64,000 nucleotides of DNA. It comes from a virus. Every line of letters starts with the position of its first letter. Position 1 is the stretch's first letter. Positions 37,442-48,238 of the stretch are shown here, in pieces. Made by a program: the position numbers and the translations under genes. The stretch is taken from the IMG/VR virus record IMGVR_UViG_3300017716_002595, positions 32,001-96,000 of that record; one strand, given 5' to 3'. The notes under the pieces are model-generated. The model saw only the letters and a program-made list of their open reading frames with translations, ran no database searches and was not told the origin of the DNA.

Positions 37442-38719
37442 ATGTCTAAAAAAAAGGTTTCCGATGAAACTATATTTGTGCAAATTGCATCGTATAGAGA
37501 TCCTGAATTATTACCTACTTTAGAAAGTTGTATATCTAATGCTAAATACCCAGAAAACTTACGTTTCTGTATTGCTTGGCAACATTCTAAAGAAGATGAA
37601 TGGGATACTTTAGACCAATATAAAAACGATCCTCGCTTTAATATATTAGATATAAACTACAAAGATGCAAAAGGCGTATGTTGGGCTAGAAATAAACTTC
37701 AACGACAGTATAACGGAGAAAAATACACATTACAGTTGGATTCTCATCACCGATTCGATAAGAATTGGGATGAGACTCTAATTGATATGTTGAAAGGTCT
37801 TCAAGCTAAAGGTCATAAAAAACCATTATTAACTGCATATTTGCCTGGATATTTCCCTAAAAATGATCCTGAAGGTAGAAATATAGAAATATGGCATACG
37901 AATTATGACAGATTTATGCCTGAGGGTCCTATATTCATTACTCCTGACTACGTACCAAATTGGAGAGACATTAAAGAACCAATACCTGCCAGACTATACT
38001 CAGGACACTTTGCCTTTACTTTAGGTAGTTTCGTACATGAAGTACCACACGATCCTGATTTATATTTCCATGGAGAAGAAACATCAATAGCTGCTCGTGC
38101 TTATACACATGGGTATGACTTGTTTCATCCTCATATTCCTGTTATATGGCATGAATATACTAGAGAAGGAAAACAACGTCATTGGGATGATCATCAATTT
38201 TCACCTTTAGATAAACGTTCATTTAAAAAATATCGAGCATTATTTGGTATAGATGATGAAAGCAGAGAAGATTTTGACTTTGTAGGATATGATCTAGGAA
38301 CTGAACGCACCTTAGCAGAATTTGAACATTATATAGGTGTTGATTTTAAAGGAAAACGTGTTCATATTTACACATCTCAACACAAATTACTACCAGTACC
38401 ATATACAACTGAAGAAGAATGGGAAGCTAATATGACTCGACGTTTTAAATATTGTATTAACGTTTATAAAGGTTCACTTACTGAAGAAGATTATGATTGT
38501 TGGGTGATAGCCTTCAAGGATAAAAACGGTGTTGAAATTAATAGACAAGATGCTGATGCTGATGAAATCAAACGAATAAAACTTGGAAGTCCAGGACAAT
38601 TTTATGATATTTGGCGAGAATTTGATTGTGTAGAATATCCAACAAGTTGGTTACTATGGCCTCACAGTCCATCTAAAGACTGGAATCACGAAATAATACA
38701 AAACGAAATACCTTATTAA
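37442..38719 (+). CDS. GT60-like (Skp1-type) GlcNAc transferase
   Basis: TIFVQIASYRDPEL, GVCWAR, LQLDSHHRF, LYFHGEE, RAYTHGYDLF. Confidence 0.8.
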   Translation: MSKKKVSDETIFVQIASYRDPELLPTLESCISNAKYPENLRFCIAWQHSKEDEWDTLDQYKNDPRFNILDINYKDAKGVCWARNKLQRQYNGEKYTLQLDSHHRFDKNWDETLIDMLKGLQAKGHKKPLLTAYLPGYFPKNDPEGRNIEIWHTNYDRFMPEGPIFITPDYVPNWRDIKEPIPARLYSGHFAFTLGSFVHEVPHDPDLYFHGEETSIAARAYTHGYDLFHPHIPVIWHEYTREGKQRHWDDHQFSPLDKRSFKKYRALFGIDDESREDFDFVGYDLGTERTLAEFEHYIGVDFKGKRVHIYTSQHKLLPVPYTTEEEWEANMTRRFKYCINVYKGSLTEEDYDCWVIAFKDKNGVEINRQDADADEIKRIKLGSPGQFYDIWREFDCVEYPTSWLLWPHSPSKDWNHEIIQNEIPY

Positions 38720-40005
38720 TGAAAAAAGCAGAAAACCGCAAAATATTCATTCATCTACCAGCGTATAGAGAACCTGAATTAATTCCTACAATAGAATCTG
38801 CATTAAATAATGCAAAATATCCTAAAAGATTAGTATTCGGTATATGCCGTCAATACAATAATGAGGATGGATTTGATAATATTGATGCTTACAGAAAAGA
38901 CAAGCGCTTTAAAATTATTGATATACCATATACAGAAGCTAAAGGATTACCTTATGCTCGTTATCAAATCAATACTTTAATTACAAATGAAGACTACATT
39001 TGTCAATTAGATTCTCACCATAGATTCGCACAAGATTGGGACGTTACATTAATTGAAATGCATGATCAATTAAAAGCTAAAGGACATAAAAAACCTATAC
39101 TAGCTGCTTATTTACCTTACTATAATCCATTTAATGATCCTACAGAGCGTACTATGGAACCTTGGCAACAAACATTTGCCTCATTTTACCCACATGGAAC
39201 AATATTCATTAGACCAGGATTATTACATGGATGGCAAGATATGATAGAACCAGCACCGTCAAGATTCTTATCAGGACATTTCTGTTTTGCTGATAGTCAT
39301 TGGGCTAAAACTGTTCTTCATGATGCTGATATATACTTTAGTGGTGAAGAATTAAATTTAACTGTACGTTCATATACTCACGGTTATGATATGTTCCATC
39401 CACATAAATTAGTTGTATGGCATGCTACAATGCGTGAAGAACGAGATGGTATTTTAGTATGGGATGATCAATCTAAACGTGGAGAAGATTGGTGGACTCA
39501 GCAAAATATAGCTAGAGCTAAAATTAGACAATTACTTCAAACAGAAGATAATGGATTTAATTTAACTGGTTATGATTTAGGAACTGAGCGTACATTAAAA
39601 GATTATGAGAAATATGCTGGTATTCATTTTAAGAAACGTGCAGTACAACGATATACATTAGAAAATCAGTACCCACCAAATCCATTTATTGAAGATGATC
39701 AAGAATGGGAAGATTCATTTATGTTCTCATTTTATCATTTATTACAATTTAATAAAACTACTTTTAAACATACAGATTATGATTTTTGGGTTGTAGCATT
39801 TGATGATGAAAATGGAAATGAAATATGGAGAGAAGATTATAATGAGCATCAAATTAAACAAATAATGAGTCTTCAAGGAGATTGGTATAATGAAGAAAAA
39901 TTCTTCTTAACAGATAGAGTACCAACAAAATGGGTTATTTGGGCTCATAGTAAATCTCAAGAATGGGCAGAACGAATAGAAGGACCAGTGAATTATGGAA
40001 ACTAA
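38719..40005 (+). CDS. GT60-like GlcNAc transferase (tandem paralog)
   Basis: IFIHLPAYREPEL, QLDSHHRF, YFSGEE, RSYTHGYDMF. Confidence 0.8.
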   Translation: MKKAENRKIFIHLPAYREPELIPTIESALNNAKYPKRLVFGICRQYNNEDGFDNIDAYRKDKRFKIIDIPYTEAKGLPYARYQINTLITNEDYICQLDSHHRFAQDWDVTLIEMHDQLKAKGHKKPILAAYLPYYNPFNDPTERTMEPWQQTFASFYPHGTIFIRPGLLHGWQDMIEPAPSRFLSGHFCFADSHWAKTVLHDADIYFSGEELNLTVRSYTHGYDMFHPHKLVVWHATMREERDGILVWDDQSKRGEDWWTQQNIARAKIRQLLQTEDNGFNLTGYDLGTERTLKDYEKYAGIHFKKRAVQRYTLENQYPPNPFIEDDQEWEDSFMFSFYHLLQFNKTTFKHTDYDFWVVAFDDENGNEIWREDYNEHQIKQIMSLQGDWYNEEKFFLTDRVPTKWVIWAHSKSQEWAERIEGPVNYGN

Positions 40006-40912
40006 AATTGTAACATCATATTATCCATTTCACAATGGAGAGCCTTACTGGGGTCAATTAAATAGAGATAGATGGTACAAATACTCCTTAGCTACAATTT
40101 GTGGCTTGGGAGTAAATACTGTATGTTACACTGATCCTGAAGATAAAGGATATAATCAATTAGTAGAATTAAAAGAGAAATTTAATCTTAAAAATTTAAC
40201 TATTAAAATATATAATATTGAAAATAATCCTTATCAAGATAGAGTACATACAATAAGAACAAACAAATCAGAATTATATAATAATCCTAAAAATGTTAGA
40301 TTTTATACTAGACCTACTGTTATATATTGGATGAAATATTCATTTTTAGAAATGGAATACGAAGCTAATACTCAACTGTATTGGATTGATGCTGGTTTAT
40401 CTCATAGTGGATTATTTCCTTCTTCGGCCAATCAATATAGTGCCGAATCTGAGTTTGCTACGTTTTATGGAAATGAATATATGGCAAACGAGTATAAAGT
40501 ATACAATTACAACAAAGCATTCACACTAGAAATATTAGACAAAATAAATGTGTATGCTGAGGATAAAATCATTAACTTACATAGACATTCAACTGATGAT
40601 AATTTACATGAATTTAATGAAAAATTAAATCTAGATACAAATTATGAATCTATCTACCCTATAGCAGGAATATTTGGAGGAAACTCAGATTTAATGCTAC
40701 AATATATTAATAAATCTAAAGAAGTAATAGAACAAATACTTCAAGTAGATGAAATATGTACAGAACAGGAGATAATGGCTTACATAAATGCCACTAATAA
40801 AGAATGGTTTAAAAATTGGTATTTTGATACTTTTTATCATGAAGATTGGAGTAACATATTCACACCAGGACAAATATCCTTTTCACATTTCTTTTTAAAA
40901 CCTTTAACTTAA
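39995..40912 (+). CDS. HtrL/YibB-like glycosyltransferase
   Basis: IVTSYY, K..FL, YWIDAGL, AGIFGG, TEQEIM. Confidence 0.7.
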   Translation: METKIVTSYYPFHNGEPYWGQLNRDRWYKYSLATICGLGVNTVCYTDPEDKGYNQLVELKEKFNLKNLTIKIYNIENNPYQDRVHTIRTNKSELYNNPKNVRFYTRPTVIYWMKYSFLEMEYEANTQLYWIDAGLSHSGLFPSSANQYSAESEFATFYGNEYMANEYKVYNYNKAFTLEILDKINVYAEDKIINLHRHSTDDNLHEFNEKLNLDTNYESIYPIAGIFGGNSDLMLQYINKSKEVIEQILQVDEICTEQEIMAYINATNKEWFKNWYFDTFYHEDWSNIFTPGQISFSHFFLKPLT

Positions 40913-40913
40913 T

Positions 40914-42530
40914 ATGGCAAATATAGCTTTTTACGGTTCCCACAACGCCGCTTATGTTGTGGAAGAAAATAATGAGATACTCTTAGTATTGGAATTAGAA
41001 AGATTTCTTAATTATAAAAATAGTGGTTTAGCTCAATATAAATGTCCTAAAACAGAAGATTTATTATTTTATGCTCAATATATTCCTAAATGGATAATGG
41101 AAAAATTAAATATAACAGAATTTGAAAACTGTTATCATTTAAATACTGATGTTATTATATATGAAAAACATGATTTAGAAAAATATATACCTGCTAAAAA
41201 TTACGTACATTGTTTACATCATGAAGGACATGCTGCTGGGTGTTTTTATCAATCTCCACATAATGAAATGTTAATTTTTTCATTTGATGGTGGAGGAAAT
41301 GATGGAAAATTTAATGTATATCACTGTGTTAGAGGTGAATCACCAAGATTATTAGAATGTGTAACAAGTCCATTATCTGATAGTCCTCATATTCATTATG
41401 ATTTAGGATTTCCTTATATGATGTTAGGTCATTATCTTAAAGACATTAATTTTGAAGATTTAGGAACAGGTAATCTTGTATATCCTGGTAAAATGATGGG
41501 TTTATCTTCATACGGTAAAGTAAAGAAAAAATGGTTACCTGCTTTTATGGATTTTTATAAAAGTAATCTTAATGGTTTAGATTTTCAACAACATGTAGAT
41601 GAATTAGGAGAAAAAATAGGTGTTAAGTTTGATATAAATGATAGAATAGAAGGTAAGTTAGGTTGGGATATAGCAGCAACAACACAGAGAGCTTTTGAAG
41701 ATAGCTTTTTAGAAGTAACACTACCATATATGAACCAGTATTCTGACTTACCAATTGGTATAACAGGAGGATGTGGTTTAAATATATTATTAAATACACG
41801 TTTAGTAACTGAGTTTAAGAGAGACGTATTTGTAGCTCCTGACCCAAATGATTGTGGCATTGCTTTAGGTATACTTTTAAACCATTTAAAACCAGAAAAA
41901 GCATTTGATAGTACTTACTCAGGTACAACGCTCTTAGATCTAGATAATTTATCTTATTATATACAAAACAGTAATACTAGATTTTTATCTAGCTTTTTAG
42001 ATCAAGATACATTAGTTAATGATTTAGCTGATGGAAAAATAGTAGGAGTAGCTAGAGGAAGATCAGAACATGGAGCTAGAGCTTTAGGAAACAGAAGTAT
42101 ACTTTGTAACCCATCAATACCAGAAATGAAAGATGTTTTAAATGCTAAAGTAAAACATAGAGAATGGTATAGACCATTTGCCCCAGTAGTACGTTTAGAA
42201 GATATATCTAAGTATTTTGAATGGGAAGGTGAATCTAGATGGATGAGTTTCTGCCCTACAGTAAAACCAGAATGGAGAAAAAAATTAGCAGCTATCACAC
42301 ATGTAGATAATACTGCACGAGTTCAAACTGTAACTCGTGAACAAAATGAATGGTTATACGATTTATTAACTAAATTTGAAGAAAAAACGGGTGTTGGGGT
42401 GTTATTAAATACATCATTTAATGTAGATGGAAAACCTATATTATCTACTTGTAAAGATGCTTTTACAATACTTGAAAAAACAGAGATGGATTGTTTAATT
42501 ATAGAAGATTATTATTTTAAAAAATATTAA
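40914..42530 (+). CDS. O-carbamoyltransferase (NodU/CmcH family)
   Basis: SHNAA, ELERF, HHEGHA, DGGG, GKMMGL, GGCGLN, EHGARALGNRSIL, KHREWYRPFAP, LNTSFN. Confidence 0.93.
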   Translation: MANIAFYGSHNAAYVVEENNEILLVLELERFLNYKNSGLAQYKCPKTEDLLFYAQYIPKWIMEKLNITEFENCYHLNTDVIIYEKHDLEKYIPAKNYVHCLHHEGHAAGCFYQSPHNEMLIFSFDGGGNDGKFNVYHCVRGESPRLLECVTSPLSDSPHIHYDLGFPYMMLGHYLKDINFEDLGTGNLVYPGKMMGLSSYGKVKKKWLPAFMDFYKSNLNGLDFQQHVDELGEKIGVKFDINDRIEGKLGWDIAATTQRAFEDSFLEVTLPYMNQYSDLPIGITGGCGLNILLNTRLVTEFKRDVFVAPDPNDCGIALGILLNHLKPEKAFDSTYSGTTLLDLDNLSYYIQNSNTRFLSSFLDQDTLVNDLADGKIVGVARGRSEHGARALGNRSILCNPSIPEMKDVLNAKVKHREWYRPFAPVVRLEDISKYFEWEGESRWMSFCPTVKPEWRKKLAAITHVDNTARVQTVTREQNEWLYDLLTKFEEKTGVGVLLNTSFNVDGKPILSTCKDAFTILEKTEMDCLIIEDYYFKKY

Positions 42531-42533
42531 AAA

Positions 42534-44831
42534 ATGGATTTATTTGAATTAGTAGAAAAATATGGTACTGATAAAACATTAAGTGGTTATACTCACACTT
42601 ATTCTGATTTATTTAAACCAATAAAAGACCAAGTAACAACAGTACTAGAAATAGGTTTAGGAACATTAAATCCAGAAATACCTAGCTCGTTTGCAGGAAA
42701 TGTTCGACATTTTGATTTTTACAAACCAGGAGGATCATTACGTGTATGGCGAGATTATTTTTCTAAAGCTCAAGTATATGGTATTGATATAGCTAAAGAT
42801 TGTATGTTTAGTGAAGAAAGAATTAAAACATTTTTATTTGATTCTTCTGAAAAAGAATATTGTGATTATTATTTAGACACTTTAGAATTTGATATTATTA
42901 TAGATGATGGAAATCACGATCCTAAATATCAAGTTAAAACATTAAGAAATTTATTCCCTAAATTAAAAGAAGGAGGAATATATGTTATTGAAGATTTAGG
43001 AGGATACCCAGGTACTGAAGAGTTATTAATTGAATATCGTGACGAATTTGAAGAATTAACTAAAGGGTATGATGTTGTAAATAAAGGAAATCATATTGTT
43101 ATACAAAAGACAAAAGTAGAAACAGTGGAAACAATAGAAATTGAAAATAAAGAATTAACAGTAGTTACAGGACTATGGGACATTAGTCGCGCAGGTAGAA
43201 GTTTTGAGCATTATATTGAAAATTTTAATAAATTTTTAGAAATGCCTGTAAATATGTTCATTTATGTTCCTAAAGATTTAGAACATTTAGTTTGGGCAAA
43301 ACGTAGCAGATCAAATACTCATGTTAGAATATTTGAATTAGAAGATATTAAAAATAATTTTTATCAACAATTCTGGGATAAAACCCAAGAAATCAGAACA
43401 AACCCAGAATGGCTTAATCAAGCAGGATGGTTAGCAGGTTCACCACAAGCATCAAATGAATGGTACAACCCAATTGTACAATCAAAAATGTTTATGCTGC
43501 ATGATGCTAAACTACTAAATATGTTTGACACAGATTATTTTATATGGTTAGATGCAGGAATAACAAATACAGTATATGAAAAATACTTTACAGAAAATAA
43601 ATGTTTAGATAAATTAATACCCCATTTAAATACATTTTTATTCTTAAGTTATCCATATCAAGCTGATAGTGAAATTCATGGATTTGATTTTAAAGCTATA
43701 AACAAATATGCTCGTGAAGAAGTAAAATATGTTTGTAGAGGTGGATTATTTGGTGGACATAAAGATTTCTTATCACAAGCCAATGGAACTTATTATCATT
43801 TACTTCAAGATACATTAACATCTGGATTAATGGGAACCGAAGAATCATTATTTAGTATAATGGCTCATTTAGAACCACACATTTATAGAAGATATGCTTT
43901 AGAGGGAAATGGTCTTATAGTTAAATTTGTTCAAGATTTGATAGAAGATAATGTAAGATTAGAAAATAATGGAGGTAGATCTCATGTATTACCAAAAGGA
44001 ATCTATAATGCAAATACTTCTAAAACATCTCTATACATGCTGACATTTAATTTCCCAGAACAAATAGAACATACTGTTACTACTTGGGAAGCTAATTCAT
44101 CTGATTGGATGTCTAAACCTAGAAAAGTATTATTAGACAATTCAACTGATGAAAACGCCAGAGTAAAAAATCAAGAATTAGCTAAAAAATATAATTTCGA
44201 ATATATACCAATGGAAGGAAATGTAGGTATAAATGGTGGTAGATTATTCGCTGCTAAACATTTCCAAGAATCAGATAGTGATTATTATTTCTTCTTTGAA
44301 GATGATATGGGATTATATCCAAGTACAGAACAAGGATTCTGTAGAAATGGATTTAAAAATTATATTCCTAATTTATACAAAACTATTCATGAAATAATGG
44401 CTAAAGAAGACTTTGATTTTCTAAAACTATCATTTACTGAAGTTTATATGGATAATAATATTCAAGTATCTTGGTATAATGTGCCTCAATCTGTTAGAAC
44501 ATATATGTGGCCTGATTATGATCAACTACCAATAAGTGGTCTAGACCAGTATGCCCCTAGAACTAAATTTGATAAAATAGATGTTCATAATGAATTATCT
44601 TACATCTCAGGAGAAGTATATTATGCTAACTGGCCTATGATTGTAAATAAAAAAGGTAATCAAAAAATGTTTTTAGATACTCAGTGGGAACATCCATTTG
44701 AACAAACTTGGATGAGTTACATGTTCCAAGAAACAGTTAAAGGAAATATAAAACCAGCAGTATTATTAGCTTCACCTGTACTTCATGATAGAATAGTTTT
44801 TTATAAACCTGAAGAAAGACGTGAGAATTAA
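42534..44831 (+). CDS. fusion: SAM methyltransferase + HtrL-like GT + GT2-like domain
   Basis: YGTDK...VLEIG...IIIDDGNH...YVIEDL; TVVTGLWD...WLDAGI...GGLFGG; DNS...FFEDDM. Confidence 0.75.
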   Translation: MDLFELVEKYGTDKTLSGYTHTYSDLFKPIKDQVTTVLEIGLGTLNPEIPSSFAGNVRHFDFYKPGGSLRVWRDYFSKAQVYGIDIAKDCMFSEERIKTFLFDSSEKEYCDYYLDTLEFDIIIDDGNHDPKYQVKTLRNLFPKLKEGGIYVIEDLGGYPGTEELLIEYRDEFEELTKGYDVVNKGNHIVIQKTKVETVETIEIENKELTVVTGLWDISRAGRSFEHYIENFNKFLEMPVNMFIYVPKDLEHLVWAKRSRSNTHVRIFELEDIKNNFYQQFWDKTQEIRTNPEWLNQAGWLAGSPQASNEWYNPIVQSKMFMLHDAKLLNMFDTDYFIWLDAGITNTVYEKYFTENKCLDKLIPHLNTFLFLSYPYQADSEIHGFDFKAINKYAREEVKYVCRGGLFGGHKDFLSQANGTYYHLLQDTLTSGLMGTEESLFSIMAHLEPHIYRRYALEGNGLIVKFVQDLIEDNVRLENNGGRSHVLPKGIYNANTSKTSLYMLTFNFPEQIEHTVTTWEANSSDWMSKPRKVLLDNSTDENARVKNQELAKKYNFEYIPMEGNVGINGGRLFAAKHFQESDSDYYFFFEDDMGLYPSTEQGFCRNGFKNYIPNLYKTIHEIMAKEDFDFLKLSFTEVYMDNNIQVSWYNVPQSVRTYMWPDYDQLPISGLDQYAPRTKFDKIDVHNELSYISGEVYYANWPMIVNKKGNQKMFLDTQWEHPFEQTWMSYMFQETVKGNIKPAVLLASPVLHDRIVFYKPEERREN

Positions 44832-44851
44832 ATAAAAGGTTATTATATTTA
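44821..44851 (+). promoter_or_regulatory. Bacteroidota-type promoter (variant)
   Basis: GTG-N20-TATATTTA. Confidence 0.55.
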
Positions 44852-44866
44852 CAAAAAATTAAAGTT

Positions 44867-47452
44867 ATGTACCAAAGTATCTATTATAATAGAACTACTA
44901 AACAATATCATGTGCGCGACGATAAAAAGGGATGGGTTACCTTCCCTTATCGTGCTACATGTTATATACCCAATGAGGGAGGTGAATATAAAACATTAGA
45001 TGGACAACGCGTATCTCCTACATTACAATATGGGTATAAAGACCCAAATGTATTTGAAAGTGATGTTGACAAATATACTAGAATACTAGTTGATGCCTAT
45101 TATGAGTCTGATGATGTTCCTACTTACCAAAATATAGTTTATTTAGATATTGAGTGTGAAATAGCAGGAGCACTTACTCAAGATAGTGTTCGTGATCCTC
45201 AAGGTAAAATAACTTCTATTGCTGTGTATGATAACACTACTAAAGAGTATTATTGTTATGTATTAGATGAAGCTAAAAAATTACCATCATCTAAAACAGA
45301 TAACAAACATATTATATCTTGTACATCTGAAAAAGACTTATTATCCCAATTTCTTAATAAATGGGAAGAATTAGACCCAATAATTATATCCGGTTGGAAC
45401 AGCGAATTCTTCGATATACCGTACTTATATCATAGGATCGCCAAGGTATTGGGAAAAGAAGAGGCCGTGCGTTTATCGCCGTTAAAACAAGTAGATAGCA
45501 ATGAATTTTTAGGAGTTAAAACAACAACTATAGCTGGTTTAAATCATTTGGATTATATGTTACTATTTAAAAAATATGTAACAACTCAAGAACCATCTTA
45601 TGCCTTAGGAAACATAGGTGAAAAATATGTTAATTTAGGAAAAATAGAATACTTAGGTTCACTTGATAAATTATTCCAAGAAGATGTTCAAAAGTTCATT
45701 GATTACAACATTCGAGATGTTGAAATTATAATTGAACTAGAGAAAAAACTTAAATTTATCGATTTAACAGTTACTGTATGTCATTTATGTCATGTTCCAT
45801 ATGATCAAATTTATATGTCAACTATGCTAAATGAAGGTGCTATTTTAACTTATTTAAAGCGTAAAGGTATAATATCACCAAATAAACCTACAACCTATAA
45901 TCCTGAATTACGAAACATTAAAGAAGAGTATGCTGGTGGATACTTAAAAGATCCTGTACCTGGTTTATATGAGTGGGTTATTGACTTAGATTTTACATCA
46001 TTGTATCCTTCTATTATTAGATCCTTAAACATGGGTATTGAGACTTTAGTAGGTCGTATTGTAAATAGAGACAAATATGATAATCAGTGGTCATTAAAAG
46101 AATTAAAACTACTAAACCCAGAAATGGATCTTACTATTGAAAAAGTAAATGAAAATAAAAGCATTACTAGATCAACTGTAAAAGTAAGTAAAATAATAAA
46201 GTTTATTGAACAAGGAAACTACATAATATCAGCACCTGGGGTTATCTTCAGAAAAGATAAAGAAAGTGTAGTATGTGAAATATTAACTGACTGGTTTAAT
46301 AAGAGAAGTGAATATAAAGCATTAATGAAAGATGCATTTAAAGTTAAAAAAGACCCAATATTAGGAGACTTTTATAATAGACGTCAACATGCCTATAAAA
46401 TTAAATTAAATGATGTTTACGGATGTTATGCTATTAATGGTTGGAGATATACTGATGGTCATAAATTTATATCAAAAGCTATTACACTTACAGGACAACG
46501 CTTAATTCAAGAATCTATTAAACATGTGAATAAATGGATGAACAACCAAATTAATACAGAAGGTATAGATTACATTGTAACATCTGATACAGATTCGCTT
46601 TTTATTCAAGTTAAAGATTTACTTAGACAAAGATATCCTGATCTAGATTTAAACAATAGAGAAGAAACAGTTAAGTATGTTTTAGAAATTGCTACTGAAG
46701 TACAACAAATTGCAAATGATAATTTACATAGTTTAGTAGTTGAATTATTTAATCTACATGATAGAGAACATTATTTCGATTTAAAACAAGAGGTTGTACT
46801 TGAACGAGGATATTTTGCAGGTAAAAGACGTTATGCTCAATTTATTGTAAATAAAGAAGGTGTTCCTGTAGAAGAACTAGATATTAAGGGATTAGATTTG
46901 ATGAAATCAAATTTTCCACCGTATTTCCGAAACTTTAGTAAACAACTACTTCAAGACATAATGTTTGGAAAACCTAAACCAGATATAGATAAACAAATAC
47001 TAGCATTTAGAGAAAGTATAGATACTGTAGATTGGAGATTACTGTTAAAACCTACAGGTTTAAAAAACATAGGAGGATACATTGCTTCTCCTCCTAAAGC
47101 CGGTGAAATATTCTCTAAATTAGGATTAAAATGTCCAATTAACACTAAATCGGCTATATATTACAATGATATATTACGTTTTAAAAAACTAGATAAACAA
47201 TACAATACATTTCAGATAGGAGATAAAATGTTTATAGCTTATTTAAAAGACAATCCATACAATATAGAAGTTATAGGTTTTAATGGATATGACGATCCTC
47301 CATTTATTACTGAGTTTATAGAAAAATACCTAGACAAAACACAGTTATTTGATTCTGTGTTAAGGAATAAATTAGAAAGTTTATATGATGATCTAAAATG
47401 GGGTAAACCTATCTTTAATAGTAATATAAATAAATTCTTTAAATTTGGATAA
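44867..47452 (+). CDS. family B DNA polymerase (gp43-like)
   Basis: Exonuclease DIE, GWNSEFFDIPY, YNIRDV; DFTSLYPS, KIKLNDVYG, DTDS, KRRYA. Confidence 0.95.
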   Translation: MYQSIYYNRTTKQYHVRDDKKGWVTFPYRATCYIPNEGGEYKTLDGQRVSPTLQYGYKDPNVFESDVDKYTRILVDAYYESDDVPTYQNIVYLDIECEIAGALTQDSVRDPQGKITSIAVYDNTTKEYYCYVLDEAKKLPSSKTDNKHIISCTSEKDLLSQFLNKWEELDPIIISGWNSEFFDIPYLYHRIAKVLGKEEAVRLSPLKQVDSNEFLGVKTTTIAGLNHLDYMLLFKKYVTTQEPSYALGNIGEKYVNLGKIEYLGSLDKLFQEDVQKFIDYNIRDVEIIIELEKKLKFIDLTVTVCHLCHVPYDQIYMSTMLNEGAILTYLKRKGIISPNKPTTYNPELRNIKEEYAGGYLKDPVPGLYEWVIDLDFTSLYPSIIRSLNMGIETLVGRIVNRDKYDNQWSLKELKLLNPEMDLTIEKVNENKSITRSTVKVSKIIKFIEQGNYIISAPGVIFRKDKESVVCEILTDWFNKRSEYKALMKDAFKVKKDPILGDFYNRRQHAYKIKLNDVYGCYAINGWRYTDGHKFISKAITLTGQRLIQESIKHVNKWMNNQINTEGIDYIVTSDTDSLFIQVKDLLRQRYPDLDLNNREETVKYVLEIATEVQQIANDNLHSLVVELFNLHDREHYFDLKQEVVLERGYFAGKRRYAQFIVNKEGVPVEELDIKGLDLMKSNFPPYFRNFSKQLLQDIMFGKPKPDIDKQILAFRESIDTVDWRLLLKPTGLKNIGGYIASPPKAGEIFSKLGLKCPINTKSAIYYNDILRFKKLDKQYNTFQIGDKMFIAYLKDNPYNIEVIGFNGYDDPPFITEFIEKYLDKTQLFDSVLRNKLESLYDDLKWGKPIFNSNINKFFKFG

Positions 47453-47475
47453 CCAAAAAACAATTATTACATTTA
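47445..47475 (+). promoter_or_regulatory. Bacteroidota-type promoter
   Basis: TTG-N20-TACATTTA. Confidence 0.8.
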
Positions 47476-47479
47476 AAAT

Positions 47480-48217
47480 ATGATTCAAAAATTAGACTTA
47501 GTAGCAAGTATTGAAAAATATTACCTTGGAGGTATTATTGAAAGCGTTAAATGGAATGTGTCCGGAGGTAAATTACATACAAATTTTGTATCTCCTTATC
47601 AAGACTTAGTAGGACATATAGAATGTGATCTTAATATAGAAGATGGAACTATAGGTATATTTAATACTAGTGCTCTATTAAAAATGTTAAGCATATTAGA
47701 ACATGATATATTAGTTAATATAGAAACAACTCATAAAATTCCAACTAAACTACTTATTGAAGATTCTAATTTTTCTCTCCAATATACTTTAGCAGATCCA
47801 TACATTATACCACCATCACCTTCTATTGATGAACCTGAATACAATACTGAGTTTGATATAGATGCTGAGTTTATTCTTAGATTTACCAAAGCTAAAAATG
47901 CTTTAGGTTCTAATACTAAAGACATAGTGCGAATAACTAATTTCGTTCATGAAGATGGAGTTAAACAAGCTAAATTTATATTAGGAGATCCTACATCTCA
48001 TTCAAATAAAGTAGAATTTACATGTGATGCTTCTTATGAAGTATTTCATAAAGAATTACTTACCTTTAATTCATCTCATATAAAAGAGATCCTATCAGTA
48101 AATAAAGAAAATATTCAAAGTGCTAAAGGATACATCAGTATGCAAGGGTTACTTAAATTAGAATTTATTACAGGAGTAGGAAAATCAGTATATTACTTAC
48201 CGGAATTAAAATTTTAA
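47480..48217 (+). CDS. sliding clamp (gp45/PCNA-like)
   Basis: 245 aa after PolB; GIFNTS.LLKML, Y.LADP.II, IS.QGLLKLEF...S.YYL. Confidence 0.75.
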   Translation: MIQKLDLVASIEKYYLGGIIESVKWNVSGGKLHTNFVSPYQDLVGHIECDLNIEDGTIGIFNTSALLKMLSILEHDILVNIETTHKIPTKLLIEDSNFSLQYTLADPYIIPPSPSIDEPEYNTEFDIDAEFILRFTKAKNALGSNTKDIVRITNFVHEDGVKQAKFILGDPTSHSNKVEFTCDASYEVFHKELLTFNSSHIKEILSVNKENIQSAKGYISMQGLLKLEFITGVGKSVYYLPELKF

Positions 48218-48238
48218 TATATTTATAATAAACAAAAG

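Noticed and set aside
19521-47452. Introns or inteins in nrdA, nrdB or polB
   Set aside because: The ORFs are continuous and of normal or compact length, with no intein or homing-endonuclease motifs
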